Assembly: GCA_002269645.1 (NCBI GenBank)
Contig: NIVC01001008.1
Coordinates: 124,001 to 188,000, forward strand
Length of the DNA stretch: 64,000 nt
Direction: 5' to 3'
Source of the DNA: Macrostomum lignano
Lineage: Eukaryota
In this document: positions 31,333 to 42,900 of the stretch, piece by piece
Layout of the letters: every line of letters starts with the position of its first letter
How positions within the stretch are numbered: position 1 is the first letter of the stretch
The notes under the pieces: model-generated
The model's input: only the letters and a program-made list of their open reading frames with translations
What the model was told of the DNA's origin: nothing
Databases searched by the model: none
Made by a program: the position numbers and the translations under genes

Positions 31333-31648
31333 TGTGTTGATGCTGCTTGGCAGGGGGGAAGGGGGTTGGTTATTACTGCACTTCTCATGCAACTCCGGTC
31401 GAACTTGGTAGATTTAAAGCTTGGCTCTTAACCTGCTAAAGCTTAAATCGTTTGAAGCGGCCTCGTGTCCGAAACTAAAGAGGGTCTCAGTGCGCAGGCT
31501 TTCGGTTAAAATAAGCGTCGAACAGTGCACAATAAAAAACTGTCATTTCTGTGGACTGCGCCCCTCTGGTCTCTCTCTTCGCCTGTCGCCCGCCTGTTCT
31601 ATCAGCTGACCGGTTCGATCCAGTTTTGACTGCCCATTAAATATGGAG

Positions 31649-31794
31649 CCGGGGTCGGCAAACTCCGGCCCGTAAAGCCTCTCCATCCGGCCCTCGGGTC
31701 CGTTGAAACTTCACAATAGCAATGCGGACCGCTCAAGGTTTGCGTCTCTTTTCAGTTCTCTTCTCAGCTCTCTCTCTTTCTCTCTCTCTCTAGG

Positions 31795-31833
<39 letters not shown>

Positions 31834-31836
31834 AGG

Positions 31837-31904
<68 letters not shown>

Positions 31905-31976
31905 GGTCTCTCTTTCTCTTTCTCTCTCTCTTTCTTTCTCTCTCTTTCTCTCTCTCTCGCTCTCTCTCTCTCTCTT

Positions 31977-32019
<43 letters not shown>

Positions 32020-32032
32020 CTCTCTCTAGTTT

Positions 32033-32093
<61 letters not shown>

Positions 32094-32160
32094 GTCTCTC
32101 TCTCTCTCTCTGTCTCTCTCTCTCTCTAGGTCTCTCTTTCTCTTTCTCTCTCTCTTTCTT

Positions 32161-32227
<67 letters not shown>

Positions 32228-32234
32228 CTCTCTT

Positions 32235-32313
<79 letters not shown>

Positions 32314-32322
32314 CTCTTTCTT

Positions 32323-32354
<32 letters not shown>

Positions 32355-32560
32355 GCTCTCTCCTTTCTCTTCTCCCCCTCCTTTCTCTTCTCGCTCTCCT
32401 TTCTCTTCTCCCTCTCTGCTCATCTCCCCTCGTCTCCTCTCCTCTCCTCTCCTCTCCTCTCCTCTCCTCTTCTCTCTTCTCCTCTCGCTTCTCTCATCTA
32501 CTTCTCTTTTCTTCTCTCTCCTCTCCCTCCTTACCTCTCTCTCTCTACTCCGATTTCATT
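31649..32560 (+). mobile_element. hAT(Charlie)-like element end followed by a long (CT)n tract
   Basis: CCGGGGTCGGCAAACTCCGGCCCGTAAAG..., homologous to 23746-23676; (CT)n at 31755-32560. Confidence 0.55.
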
Positions 32561-33583
32561 TCTCATCTCCTCTCCCCTTGGCTTGTCCCATCTTTTCTTT
32601 TTTCCTTGCCTCTCCTTTCTCCCCTCTCTCTTCTCGCAGGCCCGCAGCCATGCGCTAGGTTCTGTATCTGTTCTGGCCCTTCGAATGTTTTTTCGATAAA
32701 AACTGACAATAAATGAGAAACACATCCTGGAGCTCAAGCCGGAAGCAAAGAAAAAAAAAGATTTTTTCTGAGATCTAAAATCTTATTGACGCATTTTCAA
32801 ATAACCACCCACAGTCTCGAAAAACTCCACTGCAAGCTGTTTGCACTAAGCCAGACGCTATTGGCTCCGATCCGACCCTGTGGGTGGACAGGGTGGACAG
32901 TCTGAAAAATAGAGTCTGTATAAAGAAGATGAAAAAGACACACGGGCAAGAAAGTGGCTTCATGCAGATTGCTTTCATTGTGCGCACAGAAGCTGGCAGC
33001 TCTATATTTATTCTGCCAATAGCAAAGCAAAGTGCGAGGTGAGGTGTGTCTGCCAGCGTCTCTTCCATAGCTTTAGCCTTGCTGCTTTAAAGATGGCCTG
33101 CAGGTACAGCAAAGAATCAGAAGCTGGGAGGACGCGTTGCTAGAATGACAGAATCCATCGATGTTGTGTGGTAAGCGATTAAAGTGCATTTTCATTCGCT
33201 AATTACATTTGCTAAAAGATTATTTGAAGTTGATTTTGTATGGAATTTTGAGTTTGCGACTAAAGATAGTTAGTAAGTTGTTGAGGTACAGTATCCAAAG
33301 GGGCCGTTTGCAAAATTGCGCATAGAGAAACGTTTGCCAAAACAGCAGTGGAACTTTTGCATTAATACAGTTTTAGACCTCTGGGTGAGGCCGCTAATGC
33401 TTATCTAATTGGCATTTGGCATGCTTATCTATTATGTAGCCAGAATGTATAATCTGGGCACAATCATGTAAACTGAAGCAACTAGCTAATGAATGTTACA
33501 TTGATTTTTGAACTTTGCACTCTTGTTAATATACTTGAGTTTTCTTGGGTGTGTAGCCAGTGACAAAATGAGACTCTGTGAGA

Positions 33584-34685
33584 GTGCACCTCGAGTGAGC
33601 TAGCGGGAATCAGGGATGTGACGCATCCGTGTGTGCACCTTGAGTGAGCTAGCGGGAATCAGGGATGTGACGCATCCGTGTGTGCACCTCGAGTGAGCTA
33701 GCGGGAATCAGGGATGTGACGCATCCGTGTGTGCACCTCGAGTGAGCTAGCGGGAATCAGGGATGTGACGCATCCGTGTGTGCACCTCGAGTGAGCTAGC
33801 GGGAATCAGGGATGTGACGCATCCGTGTGTGCATCCTGAGTGAGCTAGCGGGAATCAGGGATGTGACGCATCCGTGTGTGCACCTCGAGTGAGCTAGCGG
33901 GAATCAGGGATGTGACGCATCCGTGTGTGCACCTTGAGTGAGCTAGCGGGAATCAGGGATGTGACGCATCCGTGTGTGCACCTCGAGTGAGCTAGCGGGA
34001 ATCAGGGATGTGACGCATCCGTGTGTGCACCTCGAGTGAGCTAGCGGGAATCAGGGATGTGACGCATCCGTGTGTGCATCCTGAGTGAGCTAGCGGGAAT
34101 CAGGGATGTGACGCATCCGTGTGTGCACCTTGAGTGAGCTAGCGGGAATCAGGGATGTGACGCATCCGTGTGTGCACCTCGAGTGAGCTAGCGGGAATCA
34201 GGGATGTGACGCATCCGTGTGTGCACCTCGAGTGAGCTAGCGGGAATCAGGGATGTGACGCATCCGTGTGTGCACTCGAGTGAGCTAGCGGGAATCAGGG
34301 ATGTGACGCATCCGTGTGTGCACCTCGAGTGAGCTAGCGGGAATCAGGGATGTGACGCATCCGTGTGTGCACCTCGAGTGAGCTAGCGGGAATCAGGGAT
34401 GTGACGCATCCGTGTGTGCATCCTGAGTGAGCTAGCGGGAATCAGGGATGTGACGCATCCGTGTGTGCACCTCGAGTGAGCTAGCGGGAATCAGGGATGT
34501 GACGCATCCGTGTGTGCACCTTGAGTGAGCTAGCGGGAATCAGGGATGTGACGCATCCGTGTGTGCACCTCGAGTGAGCTAGCGGGAATCAGGGATGTGA
34601 CGCATCCGTGTGTGCATCCTGAGTGAGCTAGCGGGAATCAGGGATGTGACGCATCCGTGTGTGCACCTTGAGTGAGCTAGCGGGA
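33584..34685. repeat. 49-bp minisatellite (about 22 copies), highly homogeneous
   Basis: Unit GTGCACCTCGAGTGAGCTAGCGGGAATCAGGGATGTGACGCATCCGTGT. Confidence 0.97.
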
Positions 34686-35264
34686 AACCACCAGAATGCT
34701 CCGTATGTGAACACTGAAGACAGTCCGCTGTACAAGTAATACATCGACGCTTGCAGTTAGAAAATTCATTGCTCTGTCAATATTTCTATTGAAGCGTTCC
34801 AACCCTAAAATTTGCGAGTTTCCCATATGCTCGCTATTCTGTTCTTTCTGCTCTGCCTCCACCTCCGTATGGGAAAAACAGAGACGGGAAACCGCCAATT
34901 CTCTCTTCTCTCCTCCCCCTCCTGCTACAAAACTGGGGTATTTAAATTTCAGCTTTTCCATTCGCCCGAATCCGCTTCCCCTACCCCCCTTCCGCCACTG
35001 CCCACCCCACCTCCGCAGACGTTTAGCCAAATAGAGACAACTGAGCTGAATGCTCAGGAGAGTGGCTGGGTCGGGGTCGATCAGTCCAGTTTGATACATT
35101 TCTCTGAGTTGACTCGTCAGCTACTCAGAGGAGACCCTGTTTAATTGCTTTGAGCTTGTTTACTGCACCTCGTTGCAGCTTCTCATCCGCTGCATCGCTC
35201 TGGATTTTAAACTTACAGACATCGGCATCAACGTCGAGTTCTGAGTCGTCTCGGATTTTCGACC

Positions 35265-35278
35265 GTTGTCATGGCAAC
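35265..35278. promoter_or_regulatory. RFX X-box
   Basis: GTTGTCATGGCAAC, one mismatch to the palindromic consensus GTTGCCATGGCAAC. Confidence 0.6.
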
Positions 35279-35375
35279 TATTAAAAAACTAACGCGACGG
35301 CAACGCAGGTGGCGAACCGCAGCGGCGACTGCCGTAGCCACGGTTGCATCAGTCGGAGTAACCGGCTGGTTCGCT

Positions 35376-35389
35376 GTTGCCATGGCGAT
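35376..35389. promoter_or_regulatory. RFX X-box-like site
   Basis: GTTGCCATGGCGAT, 111 bp from the first X-box. Confidence 0.5.
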
Positions 35390-35444
35390 TGATGGCCTAG
35401 CAACTGCTCGATTGGCGGGTGAGTTGATTGCTTCGATTGCTACG

Positions 35445-36298
35445 TGGTTATGACCTGACCGGAGTGATGTTGCTACCTGGTTAGGACCTGACCGTAGCCA
35501 CGTTGCTACCTGGTTAGGACCTGACCGTAGCCACGTTGCTACCTGGTTATGACCTGACCGTAGCCATGTTGCTACCTGGTTAGGACCTGACCGGAGCCAT
35601 GTTGCTACCTGGTTAGGACCTGACCGTAGCCACGTTGCTACCTGGTTATGACCTGACCGGAGCCACGTTGCTACCTGGTTAGGACCTGACCGTAGCCACG
35701 TTGCTACCTGGTTATGACCTGACCGTAGCCATGTTGCTACCTGGTTAGGACCTGACCGTAGCCACGTTGCTACCTGGTTATGACCTGACCGGAGCCACGT
35801 TGCTACCTGGTTAGGACCTGACCGGAGCCACGTTGCTACCTGGTTATGACCTGACCGGAGCCATGTTGCTACCTGGTTATGACCTGACCGTAGCCACGTT
35901 GCTACCTGGTTATGACCTGACCGGAGCCACGTTGCTACCTGGTTAGGACCTGACCGTAGCCACGTTGCTACCTGGTTATGACCTGACCGTAGCCACGTTG
36001 CTACCTGGTTAGGACCTGACCGGAGCCATGTTGCTACCTGGTTAGGACCTGACCGGAGCCACGTTGCTACCTGGTTATGACCTGACCGTAGCCATGTTGC
36101 TACCTGGTTATGACCTGACCGTAGCCATGTTGCTACCTGGTTATGACCTGACCGGAGCCATGTTGCTACCTGGTTAGGACCTGACCGTAGCCACGTTGCT
36201 ACCTGGTTATGACCTGACCGGAGCCACGTTGCTACCTGGTTAGGACCTGACCGGAGCGATGTTGCTACCTGGTTATGACCTGACCGGAGCCATGTTGC
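35445..36298. repeat. 33-bp minisatellite (about 26 copies)
   Basis: Unit GACCTGACCGTAGCCACGTTGCTACCTGGTTAG. Confidence 0.96.
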
Positions 36299-37447
36299 TG
36301 TACTTTAACAAGGAAGATAAAGAAGCAGATAATTAGGTGTGTTCTTCGAGTGATTAGGTTCAGTGTAGTTCAGACACATTCGAAGGTTTTAACAAAATAC
36401 TTGTCGTCATTTAAAAGCCACTGTTTGCTGGCTAATTGTAAGTTATCGTATGTTATATCGATTCCCTGGGCAAAATAACTTTTAGAAGAAGAATTCTCTG
36501 CCTAAAACTGAGAGACAAACTGACTAGCCATGGAAATAAATTATGGGGACAGAATTTTCTCGAGGCAAAGAAAATCGATTAGTAGCTGTAACAGTCGTCT
36601 GATCTGACAATCAAGTCGTTCTTCAGGAGTCACGGTTTTTCTGGATTGGGGGCTGAGGAGCAGCAGATCAAACACGCAGAACCCTGCATTTTCATAAAAC
36701 TGTGTAAGCTGACTGAATGTAGTTTTACAGTTTACACACAATTGATAAGTGCCTTCGAGTCTCGGCATCAGGTTTTACAAAATTTATAATACGAGCGTAT
36801 TTATTGGGTCCAATTGGAACAGTAGGAATACCAAGCCATTTCCCTACGTCCAACTACAAAGGGGGGAATCCCCCTGACAATTGTTTTGCTGCGCCGGAAC
36901 GGAGCAACGCAGGCACACGAAATTCCAAGAACTCGAACTAACCCTTTGTTGCGCACCTTCTCAAACAAGACCAAGTTGCCAGCCTTTCGGACTGTCGAGA
37001 TATTCGACGATTCTCCCCGAAGGTCGGACTTTTCCCATAAGCGCCAGTGTATTCAGTACATCCTTGTGCGCCAATCAGCACCGCGCCTCAGTGCAGCCTT
37101 GCCAAGTCTCTAAATTTCATCAGTACATCGACCACATGTGTCTGCATCAGCTCTGACTTCGTTGATAACTGGCTTTCACCCGGGTGGAGCTTCTGGACCT
37201 TCAACAGGTGGCACCAGGTGACAGGCAGTATGGACACTGTTGTGATTTTTCTTATCAAGCTACAGGGTGTACATAGTCACCTGTTGCCATCTGTTGAAGG
37301 TGCCGACAGCATCGGGGTGATGACTAAATGTTTGAGAGACTAGCTGAGGGTGTCCAGCAGTTGATTTTGCCCACCGTCGAGTCTTGATCAGCGAAACTGA
37401 GAAATTTGCATCAGATTTTTCAGTCAGGTATCTGTGAGGTACAATAT

Positions 37448-38000
37448 CCCTGAGGTACATTATCCCTGAGGTACATTATCCCTGAGGTACATTATCCCTG
37501 AGGTACATTATCCCTGAGGTACATTATCCCTGAGGTACATTATCCCTGAGGTACATTATCCCTGAGGTACATTATCCCTGAGGTACATTATCCCTGAGGT
37601 ACATTATCCCTGAGGTACATTATCCCTGAGGTACATTATCCCTGAGGTACATTATCCCTGAGGTACATTATCCCTGAGGTACATTATCCTTGAGGTACAT
37701 TATCCCTGAGGTACATTATCCCTGAGGTACATTATCCCTGAGGTACATTATCCCTGAGGTACATTATCCCTGAGGTAAATTATCCCTGAGGTACATTATC
37801 CCTGAGGTACATTATCCCTGAGGTACATTATCCCTGAGGTACATTATCCCTGAGGTACATTATCCCTGAGGTACATTATCCCTGAGGTAAATTATCTCTG
37901 AAGTACATTATCCCTGAGGTACATTATCCCTGAGGTACACTATCCCTGAGCTAAATTATCCCAGAGCTAAATTATCCCAGAGCTAAATTATCCCAGAGGT
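37448..38000. repeat. 16-bp minisatellite (about 33 copies)
   Basis: Unit CCCTGAGGTACATTAT. Confidence 0.96.
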
Positions 38001-38072
38001 AAATTACCCCCGAGGGAAATTATAACTGTCGGAAAATGATCTGCAGATGCTAATATCCCCATCGCTTCACAG

Positions 38073-39839
38073 GAGGCGATGGCAGTCTCGAAGCCGCCAC
38101 CTCGCTGGGTAGTCGCCGCCTGCTCAGCCTGCCGCAGCTGGCCCCCAGCAACGCCTGCACCCCCCGCTCCATCGAGACCTTCCCGCCCGATCTGTTCAGC
38201 TTGGCCGACAAGCGGCGCGGCGCCGTGGCGCTGCACGGCCTCGCCGCACTGTGGCTGTTTGCCGGCCTCGCCATCGTCTGCGACGACTATTTTGTGGCGT
38301 CGCTAGAGGTGCTGTGCGAAGGTGAGCAAACAATTCTAACCCTGGTCCACATGAATCCACCGAGACCCACATGAATCCCGAGACCCACACGAATCCACCG
38401 CGACCCACATGAATCCCGAGACCCACACGAATCCACCGCGACCCACATGAATCCCGAGACCCACACGAATCTACCGAGATCCACACGAATCCACCGATAC
38501 CCACATGAATCCCGAGACCCACACGAATCTACCGAGATCCACACGAATCCACCGATACCCACATGAATCCCAAGACCCACACGAATCCACCGCGACCCAC
38601 ATGAATCCACCGAGACCCACATGAATCCCGAGACATACAAAAATCCCCTGAGACCCTCACAAATCCACCGAGACTCACACGAATCCACATAAACCCGCAC
38701 AGGTCAACAAAAATATGATAGACCCTTGCAAACCAAGTCTGAATCACACAAATCCTTCTTAAACCAACATAATTCAGCTCATATCCACACGAGTCCACCT
38801 AGTCCACCCGGTCCCTCATGAATCCATTTCGCCTCGCTTAAACCGACCCAAGCTCACATAAATCCACTCTGACCCAATGAAATCTACCTATAGATCTACC
38901 AAAATTTACGTAGACCTGAGAGAATTCCACCAAGGCCCACATGTAAATCCACATAGACTCTCAGAAGTCCACCTCAACTCAAAGACCCGCAAAATCTGCT
39001 CAGAAAGCTCAAACACGGCTAATATCCACCCCCCACCCCAGTGCTGCACCTGAAACCGGACGTTGCCGGTGCCACCTTCATGGCGGCGGGCAGCTCGGCG
39101 CCGGAGCTGTTCACCTCCGTCATCGGGGTGTTTCTCACGCAGAGCGACGTCGGTGTTAGCACCATTGTGGGGAGCGCCGTGTTTAACCTGCTGTTCATTG
39201 TCAGCCTGTGCGGCCTTTTTGCTACTCAGGTGAGGGAAGGGAGAGCGGATGCAGGGCAGAGAGTAGATGCAGGGCAGAGAGTAGATGCAGGGCAGAGAGT
39301 AGATGCAGGGCAGAGAGTAGATGCAGGGCAGAGAGTAGATACAGGGCAGAGAGTAGATGCAGGGCAGAGAGTAGATGCAGAGAAAGAGTAGATAGAGGGG
39401 AGAGAGTGGATGCAGGTGTGAGAATAGATGAAGGAAAGAGAGTAGATGTAGGGCGGAGAGTGGATGCAGAGAAAGAGTAGATGCAGGGGAGAGAGTGGAT
39501 GCAGGTGTGAGAATAGATGCAGGGAAGAGAGTAGATGCAGGGTGGAGAGTGGATGCAGAGAAAGAGTAGATGCAAGGGAGAGATAGAGTCGATACTGAGT
39601 AGAGACAGAGTAGTTTAGAGTAAAAAGGGCTGCAGGAGCAGGAGGAAAGGAGACTGGATCATGAGTTCGCAGCTGCATCCTGGATCAGAGGCTACAGGAA
39701 TTTGAAAACTGAAGCCAACCAGCATTAATATCGGAGGCTCTGCCCCGGAGGGATAAAAGAGATGGAGAGAGAAAGGGATGGAGAAGGAAATCGCAGGAGA
39801 GACTGGGGTAGGGACGCACAAAGACGGAAGGAGACAGGA

Positions 39840-39937
<98 letters not shown>

Positions 39938-42900
39938 GAGGATTGAAAGCAGTACAAATGGATTGCCGGAGTTAAGAGTACATATTTCTGAAGTACAAGT
40001 AAGGTAGTGTACTTTTTAACAGTTGGTATTTTTATTCAACCATAAAAATTGTAAAAACTATTGCAGATAATATTTCTATCTTGGTGGCCAATAGTTCGAG
40101 ACTGCAGCTATTACAGTCTCAGCGTGGTCAGCCTCATTCTAGTCATCTACGATGAGAAAGTGCACTGGTGAGTGTCTGGCGTTCATGAACGATTAAATAG
40201 AATGGATTGCTAATCTAGCCTACATCATGGATGCAGGAATACAATGGATTGCTAATCTAGCCTACATCATGGGTGCAGGAATAGAATGGATTGCTAATCT
40301 AGCCTACATCATGGGTGCAGGAATAGAATGGATTGCTAATCTAGCCTACATCATGGATGAAGGAATACAATGGATTGCTAATCTAGCCTACATCATGGAT
40401 GCAGGAATAGAATGGATTGCTAATCTAGCCTACATCACGGATGAAGGAATAGAATGGATTGCTAATCTAGCCTACATCATGGGTGCAGGAATAGAATGGA
40501 TTGCTAATCTAGCCTACATCACGGATGCAGGAATAGAATGGATTGCTAATCTAGCCTACATCATGGATGCAGGAATAGAATGGATTGCTAATCTACTCTA
40601 CTTGGATGAATGGCTATAAGAAAATAGGTGACAAAGAAGGTGAGCCGTCCCCCACCCCAACCGGTCACCAGGTACGAGGCTGCCGCCCTCCTCATGCTGT
40701 ACGCCATGTACATAGTCATCATGTACTTCAACGAGAGCATCGACCAGTGGATCGCGGAGCGCTGGCCCAACCTGGCAACTGGCGGCAACCAGCGGCTGCG
40801 CAAGGCCGGCGGTCCAGCGGCCAAAGCAGCGGCCGCCAGCAGCAACGGGTCGCACCGGGGCGGCCCAGCGGCGGCTTCCGGGCTGGTCAGCTTGCAGGAC
40901 TTCGGGCCGCCGGCGGCCAAGCGTTCGGCGATGAGCGGGAAAACAGGAGCTGCCTATTGGCACCTGCGGGACCTGGGTTGGTGGGAGATCGAACCAGGGG
41001 TCGCGGCGCGAGAGTCTTTTAGACGCACATAGACGCTTAAGCATGCTGCTAACCTCGCACATACCGAACTCACACCTGGAAATAAATATGTGCATTTTCT
41101 AGGCAACTGTTAATCAAAGAGAAAAAGTACACGGTAAGCTCTGTCCAACCAACCTTCTACAGAAGACGAGCAGGCAGAGGAGTTTGACGACTCCGATTTC
41201 GCTGCTGGCAACTCGTCCTCGGAGGTGACGAGGCCGCTGCTGGATGGCTGCTCATCCTCACCATCGGCGGCGGCTGCGACGGCGGTGCAGATGACTGAAG
41301 TCGACCTTCAGCAGCCAGCTGACGGAATGGGCATTGAGGTGTCCGCAGGTTCGTTCACCAGCTTTATCCGTCAGTATGAATTATGGAGTGAAAAGGCAGC
41401 TGGAATGACTTAGGGAGTGACAAGAAAAGAACCCTGATCATGATTAGGGAGTGACAAGAAGAGAACTCTGATCATGATTAGGGAGTGACAAGAAGAGAAC
41501 CCTGATCATGATTAGGGAGTGACAAGAAGAGAACCCTGATCATGATTAGGGAGTGACAAGAAGAGAGCCTTGATCATGATTAAGGAGTGACAAGAAGAGA
41601 ACCCTAATCATGATTAGGGAGTGACAAGAAGAGAGCCTTGATCATGATTAGGAAGTGACAAGAAGAGAGGCCTAGAGGACTATGTATTTGCATTCAGAGT
41701 TATAAGGCAGCTGGGTTGAATTGGGAGTGACAAGAAAGGCGTAATCGGAATTAGGTAGTGACAAGACTGCATAAATCGTTGAGTGACCAGAGCGCGAACA
41801 ACTCCAGGCTACGAATCTCCGCTGGAGTTTCCCAGCGGGTGGCTCCATCGAGCGTACTGGTGCGCCACGTTGCCATGGACGCTGCTGTTCATGGCAACCA
41901 TTCCGGATTGTCGGAGGCCCGGCCGCTGGAGGCAGATGTTCTTCCTGACTCTGCTCAACAGCATCCTGTGGATTGGTGGGATGAGCTACTTGCTGGTGTG
42001 GATGGTCTGCACGATAGGTGCGAATCACCTGGATAATCACATTGATAATTGATTATCACTATGATAATCACCTTGATGACTCACCTAGATAATCACACTG
42101 ATAATTGATTATCACCATAATAATCACCTTGATGATTCTCTTTCTAATGACCATGATAATCACTTTGTTACTCACCCTAATACTCACTTTGATTATAATC
42201 TTGATAACCACCTCGATAATCACCTTGATAATCAATAACTCTGATAATCACCTGCAAAAATCAGGTAACTAACTCCGATAATCAGACTGATAATCACCTA
42301 AAAACAACAACAGACTCGCTTTAATAATGACGCGTCCATTGTGAATTTCAGGCGACACCCTGGGCATACCGGATACAGTGATGGGGCTCACCATACTGGC
42401 AGCCGGTACCTCTGTCCCGGATGCCCTGGCCAGTGTGTTCGTTGCTAGGGACGGTAAGAGTGCATTTCTATCTCCCCCGAATCCCCCCAAATCCCTCGAA
42501 TATCAAATCTTCCCCTCGGCGAGTCTTACGAGCTACCCTCATATATTCTTCCCTTTACCAAATCTTCCCCTTCCCGAATCTTCCCCTTCCCGAATCTTCC
42601 CCTTCCCGAATCTTCCCCTTCCCGAATCTTTCCCTTCCCGAATCTTCCCCTTCCCGAATCTTCCTTCTCACGAATCTTCCCCTTCCCGAATCTTCCCCTT
42701 CCCGAATCCTCCCCTTCCCAAATCCTCCCCTTCCCGAATCCTCCCCTTCCCGAATCTTCCCCTTCCCGAATCTTCTCTCTCACGAATCCTCCCCTTCCCG
42801 AATCCTCCCCTTCCCGAATCTTCCCCTCCCCGAATCTTCCACTCCCCAAATCTTCCCCTTCCCGAATCTTCCCCTTCCCGAATCTTCCCCTTCCCGAATC

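Noticed and set aside
32640-33175. Possible exon or 77-98-aa ORFs between the TIR and NCKX genes
   Set aside because: Splice-like sites occur on both strands but no recognisable protein or consistent phase.
33584-36298. CRISPR-like appearance of the 49-bp and 33-bp arrays with palindromes
   Set aside because: No unique spacers, no cas genes, eukaryotic context.
36881-37343. Candidate first coding exon of NCKX
   Set aside because: No frame gives a convincing signal peptide plus a strong phase-1 donor.
40168-40671. In-frame retention of the 504-nt intron to insert [14 protein letters not shown] repeats into NCKX
   Set aside because: Retention reads TGG TGA, giving an immediate stop.
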